A DNA stretch of 64,000 bases, taken from positions 6,560,001 through 6,624,000 of the forward strand of contig CBDCXR010000004.1 in the NCBI GenBank assembly GCA_965223845.1, written 5' to 3'. Position numbers and translations under genes: made by a program. The stretch is from Planctomycetota bacterium. Lineage in GTDB: Bacteria > Planctomycetota > UBA8108 > SXIK01. Positions 1 to 7,780 of the stretch are shown piece after piece. The notes below the pieces were generated by a model. The model had not been told where the DNA came from and did no database searches. It was given only the letters and a program-made list of their open reading frames with translations. Numbering within the stretch: the first letter of the stretch is position 1; each line of letters opens with the position of its first letter.

Positions 1-216
1 GCCGCCGTGCTCGCCGGCTTCGAGAAAGGCGTTCTCCGTCAGGGCGAGGCCGAGTACCCGATCCTCAGGCGGCGCGCCGGGGCCGTGGTCGGCGGCCTCG
101 TCCTCGAAGTCTCCGCCTCGGAGCTGGCCATCTTCGACGAATACGAAGGGGCCGAGTACCGCCGCGTGCGCGTGCGGCCGGAGGGCGGACCGGAGTGCTG
201 GGCCTACGTCGAGTGA
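1..216 (+). CDS. Gamma-glutamylcyclotransferase (AIG2-like) family protein, 5' end probably outside the window
   Basis: Pattern YPxL...VxGLV...ELAIFDEYEGxEYRRVRV...WAYV matches the GGCT/AIG2 fold; frame is open from base 1. Confidence 0.75.
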   Translation, partial: AAVLAGFEKGVLRQGEAEYPILRRRAGAVVGGLVLEVSASELAIFDEYEGAEYRRVRVRPEGGPECWAYVE

Positions 217-235
217 TCGAGTCCGGTCGATCGCG

Positions 236-877
236 TCAGCAGGGAGATGACTCGCAGGTGAGAGCCGTCTCTTCCTCCTCGAGTCCGCACTCGTCGGTGG
301 GTGGTGGGATCGGCGCTCCGGTCCCGAAGAGGCGATTCAGCGTGTAGATCGCGTCGGCGATATTCACCTGTTCGTCCGCGTTGGCGTCGGCAGCTTTTTC
401 GCAGTCCGAGCCCGCGGCATCGCCGAAGAGCGCGTTCAGCGTCGCGATCGCATCGGCGATGTTGACGGCGAGATCGCCGTTCGAATCGCCGCGGATGAAC
501 TCTCCGTCGGGCGGCGGGGCGTCGACCACCCCCGGATGGGTGACGGCATCGGGATCACCGGGATCGGGGTCGCCTGTCACCCACGTTCCGGCCGGGTCGA
601 GGAGCTCCTCGCCGTTCGTCTTCCCGTCGCCGTCGGAGTCTTCCTCCGCGAAGAGAGGTTCCCAGAATTCCTCGTCGCCGCCGATCGAAACGACCGGGCG
701 CACGCCCTCGCCGAAGGGATTCCGCGGGCCGCCACCGCCCGGGTCGATGTGGCACCCGGCGCATCCGAACAGAGAGCCGTTCGGGAACTGATCGACGCGC
801 CAAGGACGAGCGTCGACCGACAGAGGAATCGCGACGATGCAGAGCGTCCCGAAAATGAAAACCCAACGATTCGACAT
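236..877 (-). CDS. Secreted temptin-like protein with CxxCH motif and C-terminal dockerin-like domain
   Basis: Signal peptide; PNG..CAGCH..GGGPRNPFG...DSDGDGKTNGEELxDP...HPG; C-terminal FIRGDSNGDxxVNIADAI...C..AADANADxxVNIADAI duplicated Ca-binding loops. Confidence 0.8.
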   Translation of the reverse strand: MSNRWVFIFGTLCIVAIPLSVDARPWRVDQFPNGSLFGCAGCHIDPGGGGPRNPFGEGVRPVVSIGGDEEFWEPLFAEEDSDGDGKTNGEELLDPAGTWVTGDPDPGDPDAVTHPGVVDAPPPDGEFIRGDSNGDLAVNIADAIATLNALFGDAAGSDCEKAADANADEQVNIADAIYTLNRLFGTGAPIPPPTDECGLEEEETALTCESSPC

Positions 878-1306
878 GCGGAAACTCCCTGAGCACGAGC
901 GGAGGTGCTCACCTCACTCGATCGACCCAAACCTCACACAGTTTTCCCGCATGGCCCGAGTTCATGCAAGTTCTGTTCAGACGCCCGGCGCCGGACTGAG
1001 CCCGTCGAGATTCCGGTCGACGCATCGGTGAGCCACGGGCGTTTCGTCGGGCGCCAGATTCGATCTCGCCGCGGGCGATCGCCCTCCCGTCGTCGCCCGA
1101 ACAAATGTCGAAGCTGCTCCGGCTGCTGCGACCAAGCGGCGGAGCCGGCTCGACCTCGCGCGTCGAAGGGGCTTGTTTCCGAGTCTTTCGGTTCGTACGT
1201 TCGCGGTTCGTCATTCCGTCCTCTCCGGTGCGCATCCCCAGTTACCTTGAGCTCCCTCATCCCGCGGGCTGCCCGAGCGCAGTCGGCGCGCGGGTGTCCG
1301 TCCGCC

Positions 1307-3553
1307 GTGCGGCGCTGCGCGGCGGCGCTTCGGCGCGCAGTCGTTCGATTCGCTCCTCGTGTCCGCGCACTGCGCGTCGTCACGTGTGCCATCTCGTGCA
1401 CTTTCGCGACCGCTTCTCTGCGGGGTGCGGAGGATGTGGATGCGACTCTCGCCGAGCTCGATGGCGCTCCACCCCCGAACGCGATCGCCGTCCGCGTCGA
1501 TGAGCCTCCGCGACTCGACGGCAGGCTCGACGATCGCGCGTGGACGCTCGCACTTCCGCAGACGAAGTTCATGCAGGCCTATCCGAACTCGGGAGCCGAG
1601 CCGAGCGAGCCGACCCAGTTTCGAGTCGTCTTCGACGACGACCACCTCTACTTCGGGATCCGCTGCGAGGAGAGCGATCCATCCCAAGTCATCGCGCGCG
1701 ATATGAGTCGCGATGGCTCGCTCTTCTCGGACGACTACTGTGCGATCGTGTTCGACACGTTTCTCGATCGCCGAAACGGCTACTACTTCGGATTCAACGC
1801 GAACGGCGCGCGTTACGATGCGCTTATCACCGGCAACCGCAGCTTCGACGAGAGTTGGGACGGAATCTGGGAGGTGCGAGGTCGCCGAGACGACAGAGGG
1901 TGGGCAGCCGAAGTGAAGATTCCGTTCAAGACGCTCGCGTTCGATCCGGCGAGCGACACTTGGGGCTTCAACGTGTCGCGAAACCTGAAGACACGCTTCG
2001 AACGCGTACGCTGGAGCGGCCCGGAAGCGCAGTTTCGCGTCTACAACGTTTCGGTCGCCGGCACTCTTTCGGGGCTCGAGGGGATTCGTCAGGGACGCGG
2101 AATCCAAGTCTCGCCTTACGCACTCGGAAAGTTCCGCCGCGATCATGATCCGATCGACGACGACTGGGATTTCGAGGCCGGCGGAGACGTTCGCTACCGC
2201 ATCGCCCCGAACCTGACCGCGAGCCTCAGCTACAACACGGACTTCGCCGAGACCGAGGTCGACGCGCGGCAGGTCAACCTGACGCGATTCCCGCTCTTCT
2301 TCCCGGAGAAGCGCGCGTTCTTTCTCGAGGACTCCGGGATCTTTCGGTTCGGCGGGCTCGGCTCGAACTCGTTCTTGCCGTTCTTCAGTCGACGCATCGG
2401 CCTCAGCGCAGACGGCGAGATCGTCCCGCTCGTCGTCGCGGGCAAGCTGACCGGGAGAGTGGGCGAGTACAACATCGGTGCGATCGACACGCTCGTCGAC
2501 GATCACGACGGCCTGGACGAGCGAAACGCATTCGTCGGGCGTATATCGCGGAATGTCCTCGATCAGTCGACGGTGGGAGCTCTGATCACCGCCGGCGATC
2601 CGAACTCGCGCGACGACAACTTTCTCGGTGGAGTCGATTTCAACTACCGGACGACGGAGTTTCTCGGCGATCACACGCTCGAGCTCAGCATGTTTGGTCT
2701 CGGCTCGTACACGGAGAACGTCGACAGCGATGAAAACCTCGCGTTCGGAGCTGAGCTCGAGCTCCCGAACGACCTTTACGACATCGAGCTCGAGGCGTAC
2801 CAGATCGACGAAAACTTTCGCGCTGGCCTCGGCTTCGTACCGCGGAAGAGCATCCGTTCGTATTCGGGTCAGGCAGCGTGGCGCGCCCGTCCGGAGTCTC
2901 TTCCCGACGTGCGCCGCATCTTTTCGAGCTACACGACGACGAACATCACCGACCTCGACGACCGACTCGAGACGTCGACTCACGTCGTCACGCCCGCGTG
3001 GATCATCTTCGAGACGGGGGACGAGATTTACGCTTCGTTCCGGCGTGAGCTCGACGCGCCGGACGAGAGCTTCGAGATCAGCGACGGCGTGACGATCACG
3101 CCCGGCGACTATTGGTGGACCGACTACGAGATCGGGTTCGAGACCGCGAGCAAGCGCCTCCTCGAGTTCACCGGTGCTTATCGATTCGGCGAGTTTTACG
3201 ACGGACGCCGAGAGCGGTACTCCCTCATGATCGACCTGCGGGCGACGAAATACCTGAACATGGCGTTCGGCTACGAGCTCAATCAGGTAAGGCTGCCCGC
3301 GGGAGATTTCGACACGCGACTCGGCTCCGTCCGACTGCGTATCCACTTCACGCCCGAGATCACCTGGAGCAATCTCGTACAGTACGACAATGTGAGCGAC
3401 ACGATCGGTCTCAACAGCCGTGTTCGCTGGGAGATCCGTCCGGGTACGAGCCTTTTCGTCGTCGCCAATCAGAACAGCGACCGGAGCGCGGGTCGTCTCG
3501 AGACGATCTCGACGGAGCTCACCGTCAAGCTGGGCGCGACGTTTCGGTTCTGA
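1307..3553 (+). CDS. CBM9-like sugar-binding domain plus DUF5916 outer-membrane protein
   Basis: PRLDGRLDDxAW, YFGFNANGARYD, W.AEVKIPFKTL (CBM9-like); NTDFAETEVDARQVNLTRFPLFFPEKRAFFLE (DUF5916); terminal Phe. Start uncertain; GTG 1307 chosen over 905. Confidence 0.85.
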   Translation: MRRCAAALRRAVVRFAPRVRALRVVTCAISCTFATASLRGAEDVDATLAELDGAPPPNAIAVRVDEPPRLDGRLDDRAWTLALPQTKFMQAYPNSGAEPSEPTQFRVVFDDDHLYFGIRCEESDPSQVIARDMSRDGSLFSDDYCAIVFDTFLDRRNGYYFGFNANGARYDALITGNRSFDESWDGIWEVRGRRDDRGWAAEVKIPFKTLAFDPASDTWGFNVSRNLKTRFERVRWSGPEAQFRVYNVSVAGTLSGLEGIRQGRGIQVSPYALGKFRRDHDPIDDDWDFEAGGDVRYRIAPNLTASLSYNTDFAETEVDARQVNLTRFPLFFPEKRAFFLEDSGIFRFGGLGSNSFLPFFSRRIGLSADGEIVPLVVAGKLTGRVGEYNIGAIDTLVDDHDGLDERNAFVGRISRNVLDQSTVGALITAGDPNSRDDNFLGGVDFNYRTTEFLGDHTLELSMFGLGSYTENVDSDENLAFGAELELPNDLYDIELEAYQIDENFRAGLGFVPRKSIRSYSGQAAWRARPESLPDVRRIFSSYTTTNITDLDDRLETSTHVVTPAWIIFETGDEIYASFRRELDAPDESFEISDGVTITPGDYWWTDYEIGFETASKRLLEFTGAYRFGEFYDGRRERYSLMIDLRATKYLNMAFGYELNQVRLPAGDFDTRLGSVRLRIHFTPEITWSNLVQYDNVSDTIGLNSRVRWEIRPGTSLFVVANQNSDRSAGRLETISTELTVKLGATFRF

Positions 3554-3568
3554 CGTCGCCGCGCGGGC

Positions 3569-3597
3569 TTGCGGTGGAAGTGGGAACCCCCTAAGCT
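3569..3597 (+). promoter_or_regulatory. Putative sigma70-type promoter for the thiC leader
   Basis: TTGCGG-17 nt-TAAGCT just upstream of the riboswitch. Confidence 0.45.
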
Positions 3598-3619
3598 AAC
3601 CGCGTTCACCACGATCGAG

Positions 3620-3727
3620 CATCGCTGGGGGTGCCCCGGTCGCAGCGCCGAGCGCAGCGAGAGATCCCGGGCTGAGAGCAGACCCTTGGAACCTGATCCG
3701 GATCGGACCGGCGTAGGGAACGCGATG
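3620..3727 (+). ncRNA. TPP riboswitch (THI element)
   Basis: GGGGTGCC...GGGCTGAGA..GACCC..GAACCTGATCCGGATCGGACCGGCGTAGGGAA consensus; flanking CATCGC/GCGATG pairing; directly upstream of thiC. Confidence 0.95.
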
Positions 3728-3909
3728 GGTGCGGAGGCGGAGCGTCCTTCCACCATCTAGGGCCGTCAGAGCGGCCGAGTCCCTCGCGCTGGGACCGAAA
3801 CTCCGCGGGCCGCAGCGGATGACCGCCGCGGGCGATGCATCGATCCGGCGGTCGCGCCGAAGCGATGCACGATCGATCGACGGAATCCTGAAGACCGAGA
3901 GGGGGTGTC

Positions 3910-5646
3910 ATGAGCGCACGGGAGTCAGAGAGCACGCCGAAGCGGGGCGAGATCGACAGGTCGTACACTCTGCCGCCGCGAGGAGAGAACCCATCCAGTG
4001 CCGCGGAGGGCACGAATCCCGGGAGCTTCGCACTCTCGCCGGAGATCGGAGGGCCGCGCACGTTCAGCTCGCCGGACTCGCCGGCGATGCCCGAGCCCTC
4101 GCCGGTGACCGCGCTCGATTGGGCGAACGAACCAGGACGCAAGCCAGTCACGCAGCTAGAGTCCGCTCGCGCGGGGACGATCACGCCGGAGATGCACCGA
4201 GTCGCCGAGCGCGAGCCGCATCTTTCTCCCGAAGCCGTTCGCGACGAGGTCGCCGCTGGTCGGATGATCATTCCCGCGAACCGCGTGCACCTTCGCTATC
4301 ACCTCGACCCGATGGCGATCGGTCGCGCGTCGAAGACGAAGATCAATGCGAATATGGGCGCGTCCCCGGTGAGCTCGGGGACCGACGAAGAACTCGAGAA
4401 GCTCCGGTGGGCGGAGCGCTGGCAAGCCGACACGGTGATGGATCTTTCGACGGGCGGAAACCTCGACGCCTGTCGGGAAGCGATGATCCAGCACGCGACG
4501 GTCCCCATCGGTACCGTTCCGATCTATTCGATGATCATCGGTCGGCGCATCGAGGATCTCACCTACGACATGATCCTCGAGACGCTCGAGCACCAGGCGA
4601 AGCAGGGCGTCGACTACTTTACGATCCACGCCGGCGTCCTCCGCGAGCATCTCCCGCTCGTCAAGGATCGACTCATCGGTATCGTTTCGCGCGGCGGGAG
4701 TCTTCTCGCCAAGTGGATGCTCCACCACGGGAAGCAGAATCCGATGTACGACCTCTTCGAGGACATCTGCGACATCATGCGCGAGTACGACGTCTCGTTC
4801 AGCCTCGGCGACGGTCTGCGTCCGGGCGGTCTCGCTGACGCGACGGACGATGCGCAGCTCGCGGAGCTTCAGACGCTCGGCGAGCTCACGGAACGCGCGT
4901 GGGCGAAGGGCGTCCAAGTGATGATCGAAGGGCCGGGACATGTGCCGTTCGATCAGATCGAGTTCAACATGAAGCTCGAGCGACGGCTTTGTCACGGGGC
5001 GCCGTTCTACGTGCTCGGTCCGCTCGTCACGGACATCTTCCCGGGGTACGACCACATCACCTCGTGCATCGGTGCGACCGCGGCGGCCTATCACGGGGCA
5101 TCGATGCTCTGCTACGTGACGCCCAAGGAGCATCTGGGGCTCCCGAAACGCGAGGACGTGAAGCAGGGTTGTATCGCCTACAAGATCGCGGCGCATGCCG
5201 CAGACGTCGCGCTCGGAATTCCCGGGACGCGAGACCGCGACGACGAGTTGACGAAAGCGCGCGCCGCACTCAATTGGGAGAAGCACTTCGAGCTCGCGTT
5301 CGACACTGACGTCGCGCGGGCGTACCACGATGAGGACCTCGACGTCGACACCGACTTCTGCGCGATGTGCGGACACGACTGGTGCTCGGTGCGAATCTCG
5401 AAGGAGATCCAGGAGTTCGCATCGGGAAAGTCGGACGACCATCAGCCGGCGAAGAAAGCCATGCGTTCGGCGGCGCTCACGGACGATCAGCGCGAAATCC
5501 TCGAGAAGCGCGGGGTGCTCTCGCCGGAGGAGATCCACAAGCTCGCTTCGAAGGGGAGCGGAGAGAAGGCGGCGTGCCACTCGGAGTTGGTGGCGGGGGC
5601 GGAGGAGGCTCGTGCGCGGCAGGTGGAGATCCTTCGGGCGGAGTGA
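3910..5646 (+). CDS. thiC: Phosphomethylpyrimidine synthase ThiC
   Basis: [61 protein letters not shown] and C-terminal CAMCGHDWC (CX2CX4C). Confidence 0.98.
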   Translation: MSARESESTPKRGEIDRSYTLPPRGENPSSAAEGTNPGSFALSPEIGGPRTFSSPDSPAMPEPSPVTALDWANEPGRKPVTQLESARAGTITPEMHRVAEREPHLSPEAVRDEVAAGRMIIPANRVHLRYHLDPMAIGRASKTKINANMGASPVSSGTDEELEKLRWAERWQADTVMDLSTGGNLDACREAMIQHATVPIGTVPIYSMIIGRRIEDLTYDMILETLEHQAKQGVDYFTIHAGVLREHLPLVKDRLIGIVSRGGSLLAKWMLHHGKQNPMYDLFEDICDIMREYDVSFSLGDGLRPGGLADATDDAQLAELQTLGELTERAWAKGVQVMIEGPGHVPFDQIEFNMKLERRLCHGAPFYVLGPLVTDIFPGYDHITSCIGATAAAYHGASMLCYVTPKEHLGLPKREDVKQGCIAYKIAAHAADVALGIPGTRDRDDELTKARAALNWEKHFELAFDTDVARAYHDEDLDVDTDFCAMCGHDWCSVRISKEIQEFASGKSDDHQPAKKAMRSAALTDDQREILEKRGVLSPEEIHKLASKGSGEKAACHSELVAGAEEARARQVEILRAE

Positions 5647-5672
5647 GGGGTTTTGGCGTATGGGCTGCTCGT

Positions 5673-5826
5673 GAGAGGTTTCACACGAAGGGGACGCGAA
5701 GGAAGACGAAGAGGAGAGAAGAGGAGTAGAGATGAGAATAGAGAGGGGATGAAGAGAGTCGGAAAAGGAGAGTAGAGAAGGGATGAAGGGAGAGAATTGG
5801 GGAAGAGAAGAGCGGCGGGAAGGGGA
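5673..5826 (+). repeat. CGAAG-array arm 1 (5673-5711) followed by a purine-rich tract
   Basis: gagaggtttCACACGAAGgggacgCGAAGgaagaCGAAG then about 115 nt of mostly G/A. Confidence 0.85.
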
Positions 5827-5949
5827 CGATTGAGGGACGTTGTCGGCGAGACGTTTGTGGTGTATGGACCGGCGTAGAGTTCTGGGCGGCGCGACGACGA
5901 TCCTGACACCGGGGGTGGCGACCTACTCGGACGCGCTCGCGAGTCGTCG

Positions 5950-6867
5950 ATGAAGCGCTCGGTGATTCTTCCTTGCGCCGGTGAAGGGGAGCGCTGGGGG
6001 CAGCATCTTGGAGTACCGAAGCAGTTGGCTCCGGTCGGTGGGGAGGCACTCGTCGCTCGCACCGTCCGGCTGCTGCGCGCGCGGGGAGTCGAATCGATCA
6101 GGATTCTTGCCGGTGCCCAGCGCGAAGCGTTCGAGGGGATGGGCGCCGAGGTCGTCGTTCCGGAAGAGCGTCGATACCTGACGGATGCCCTTCGGTCGTC
6201 GCGTGATTTTTGGGGTGGGGAGGAGACTGTCGTCCTGCTCGGCGACGTCTTCTTCACGGAGCGTGCGCTCGATGCGGCGCTCGCACCAGCGACGGGAGTT
6301 CGATTCTTCGGGATCGAACCGAGCGATCCTCTTGTCGACGAAGGGATTCGACGTCCGGAGATCTTTGCGTTCGCGTTCACGCGCCACGCCGCGGACGCCG
6401 TCTCGCGCGCACTCGAGAGATCGAGTGCGCTCGCTCGGATACGCGACGACTTCGGAGGTCGGCACCGGCGACTCGGAGCACTCGACGCGGGACGCTTCGT
6501 CGCGCGCGGCCGCGCCGTCGCTCGATCCATCGGCGACCGCGTGCGCCTCATTCGTGATTATTCTCGCTTCGCGTATCCGCCGAAACCTCCGCGGATCGTT
6601 CGTCGCGTCCTCCCTCGAGCCGAGCTCTGGCGCTGGCTCCGACTTTCAACGGGGCGCTCGCGCGGAGCTCGCATTCACGGAAAACTCTGGGGCGTGTATC
6701 TCCTCCTCGAAGCGATCGATCCGTTCGGCGGAGAAGGATTCGATTGGCCCAATCCATCCTCAGAACACTTCTACCGAATCGCGGACGAAACGCGAGACTG
6801 CGACGAACCCGAGGACTACACAGCAATCTGTTCGTCACTGACCGATGCCGCGTCCACCGACGACTGA
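5950..6867 (+). CDS. Nucleotidyltransferase-like (MobA/NTP_transf) domain protein
   Basis: N-terminal ILPCAGEGERWG..LGVPKQL..V.GE.L..RT, later VVLLGDVFF and a C-terminal DCD motif. Confidence 0.7.
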   Translation: MKRSVILPCAGEGERWGQHLGVPKQLAPVGGEALVARTVRLLRARGVESIRILAGAQREAFEGMGAEVVVPEERRYLTDALRSSRDFWGGEETVVLLGDVFFTERALDAALAPATGVRFFGIEPSDPLVDEGIRRPEIFAFAFTRHAADAVSRALERSSALARIRDDFGGRHRRLGALDAGRFVARGRAVARSIGDRVRLIRDYSRFAYPPKPPRIVRRVLPRAELWRWLRLSTGRSRGARIHGKLWGVYLLLEAIDPFGGEGFDWPNPSSEHFYRIADETRDCDEPEDYTAICSSLTDAASTDD

Positions 6868-6889
6868 GATCAGAAACACGAGAGCTGAA

Positions 6890-7048
6890 CCTTCCACCCT
6901 CCTCTGTCTCTTCTTCTCTTCTTCTCTTCTCTCTCTCTCTCTCAACTCTTCCCTCCTATCTCCTATCTCCTATCTCCTATCTCCTATCTTCCTTCCTCTT
7001 CCTTCCTCTTCCTTCGTGGCCCTTCGTGCCCTTCGTGTTAATCTCCCC
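6890..7048 (-). repeat. CGAAG-array arm 2 (7012-7048, minus strand) with pyrimidine tract including (CTCCTAT)5 at 6953-6987
   Basis: Reverse complement reads gagattaaCACGAAGggCACGAAGggcCACGAAGgaagagg. Confidence 0.8.
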
Positions 7049-7082
7049 CTCTGAAATCGTCCCCAAGCCCGAGAACCCAAAA

Positions 7083-7745
7083 GTGCCCCAAGCCCCCGCC
7101 GGCGCCATCTTCGACATGGACGGCGTCCTCATCGAAAGCCGAGATGCCCATTGGACCGCCTGGCAGCGCCTCGGCGCCGAGCTCGATGCGCCGTTTACGC
7201 GCGAGCTCTTCGAGACGACCTTCGGGATGCACAACCGCCAGATCTTCCCGCTTTGGCTGGGACCAGATCTCGCGGAGCCCGAGCTCGAACGTCTCTCGGG
7301 TCGCAAGGAGGAGATGTTCCGTGAAGCCGCGCGCGAGACGCTCGAGCCCATTCCGGGAGTGCGTGAGCTCATCGCTTCTCTCGCGAGCGAGGGCTTTTGC
7401 CTCGCCGTCGGTTCCTCGGGCCCGCGTCCGAACGTCGAGATGGCGCTCGACGTGCTCGGCGTCCGCGAGCACTTCCGCGCACTCTCGACCGGCGATGACG
7501 TCGCGAACGGAAAACCTCACCCGGAGGTCTTTCTCATCGCCGCCGAACGGCTCGGTCTCGAGCCTTCGCGCTGCGTGGTCCTCGAAGACGCGCCGCAGGG
7601 CGTCGCGGCTGGGCTGGCAGCGGGAGCTCGAGTCATCGCGATCACGTCGACGAAGCCGGCCGCGGAGCTCAGTGGCGCGCACCGAATCGTCGAGACGTTC
7701 GAATCGGTGAGCCCCGCCGATCTTCGCGCCGTTCTCGACGACTGA
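7083..7745 (+). CDS. HAD-superfamily phosphatase (beta-phosphoglucomutase-like)
   Basis: AIFDMDGVL motif I, GSS motif II, KPHPEVFL, VLEDAPQG; start set at GTG 7083 because the longer ORF runs through the repeat. Confidence 0.92.
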   Translation: MPQAPAGAIFDMDGVLIESRDAHWTAWQRLGAELDAPFTRELFETTFGMHNRQIFPLWLGPDLAEPELERLSGRKEEMFREAARETLEPIPGVRELIASLASEGFCLAVGSSGPRPNVEMALDVLGVREHFRALSTGDDVANGKPHPEVFLIAAERLGLEPSRCVVLEDAPQGVAAGLAAGARVIAITSTKPAAELSGAHRIVETFESVSPADLRAVLDD

Positions 7746-7780
7746 TTCCGCGACCCTTTACCGTCGAGGAGTCGCCGCGT

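Noticed and set aside
6744-7082. Hydrophobic Leu/Ser-rich N-terminal extension of the HAD ORF
   Set aside because: It is the translated pyrimidine tract and repeat arm, not a membrane anchor
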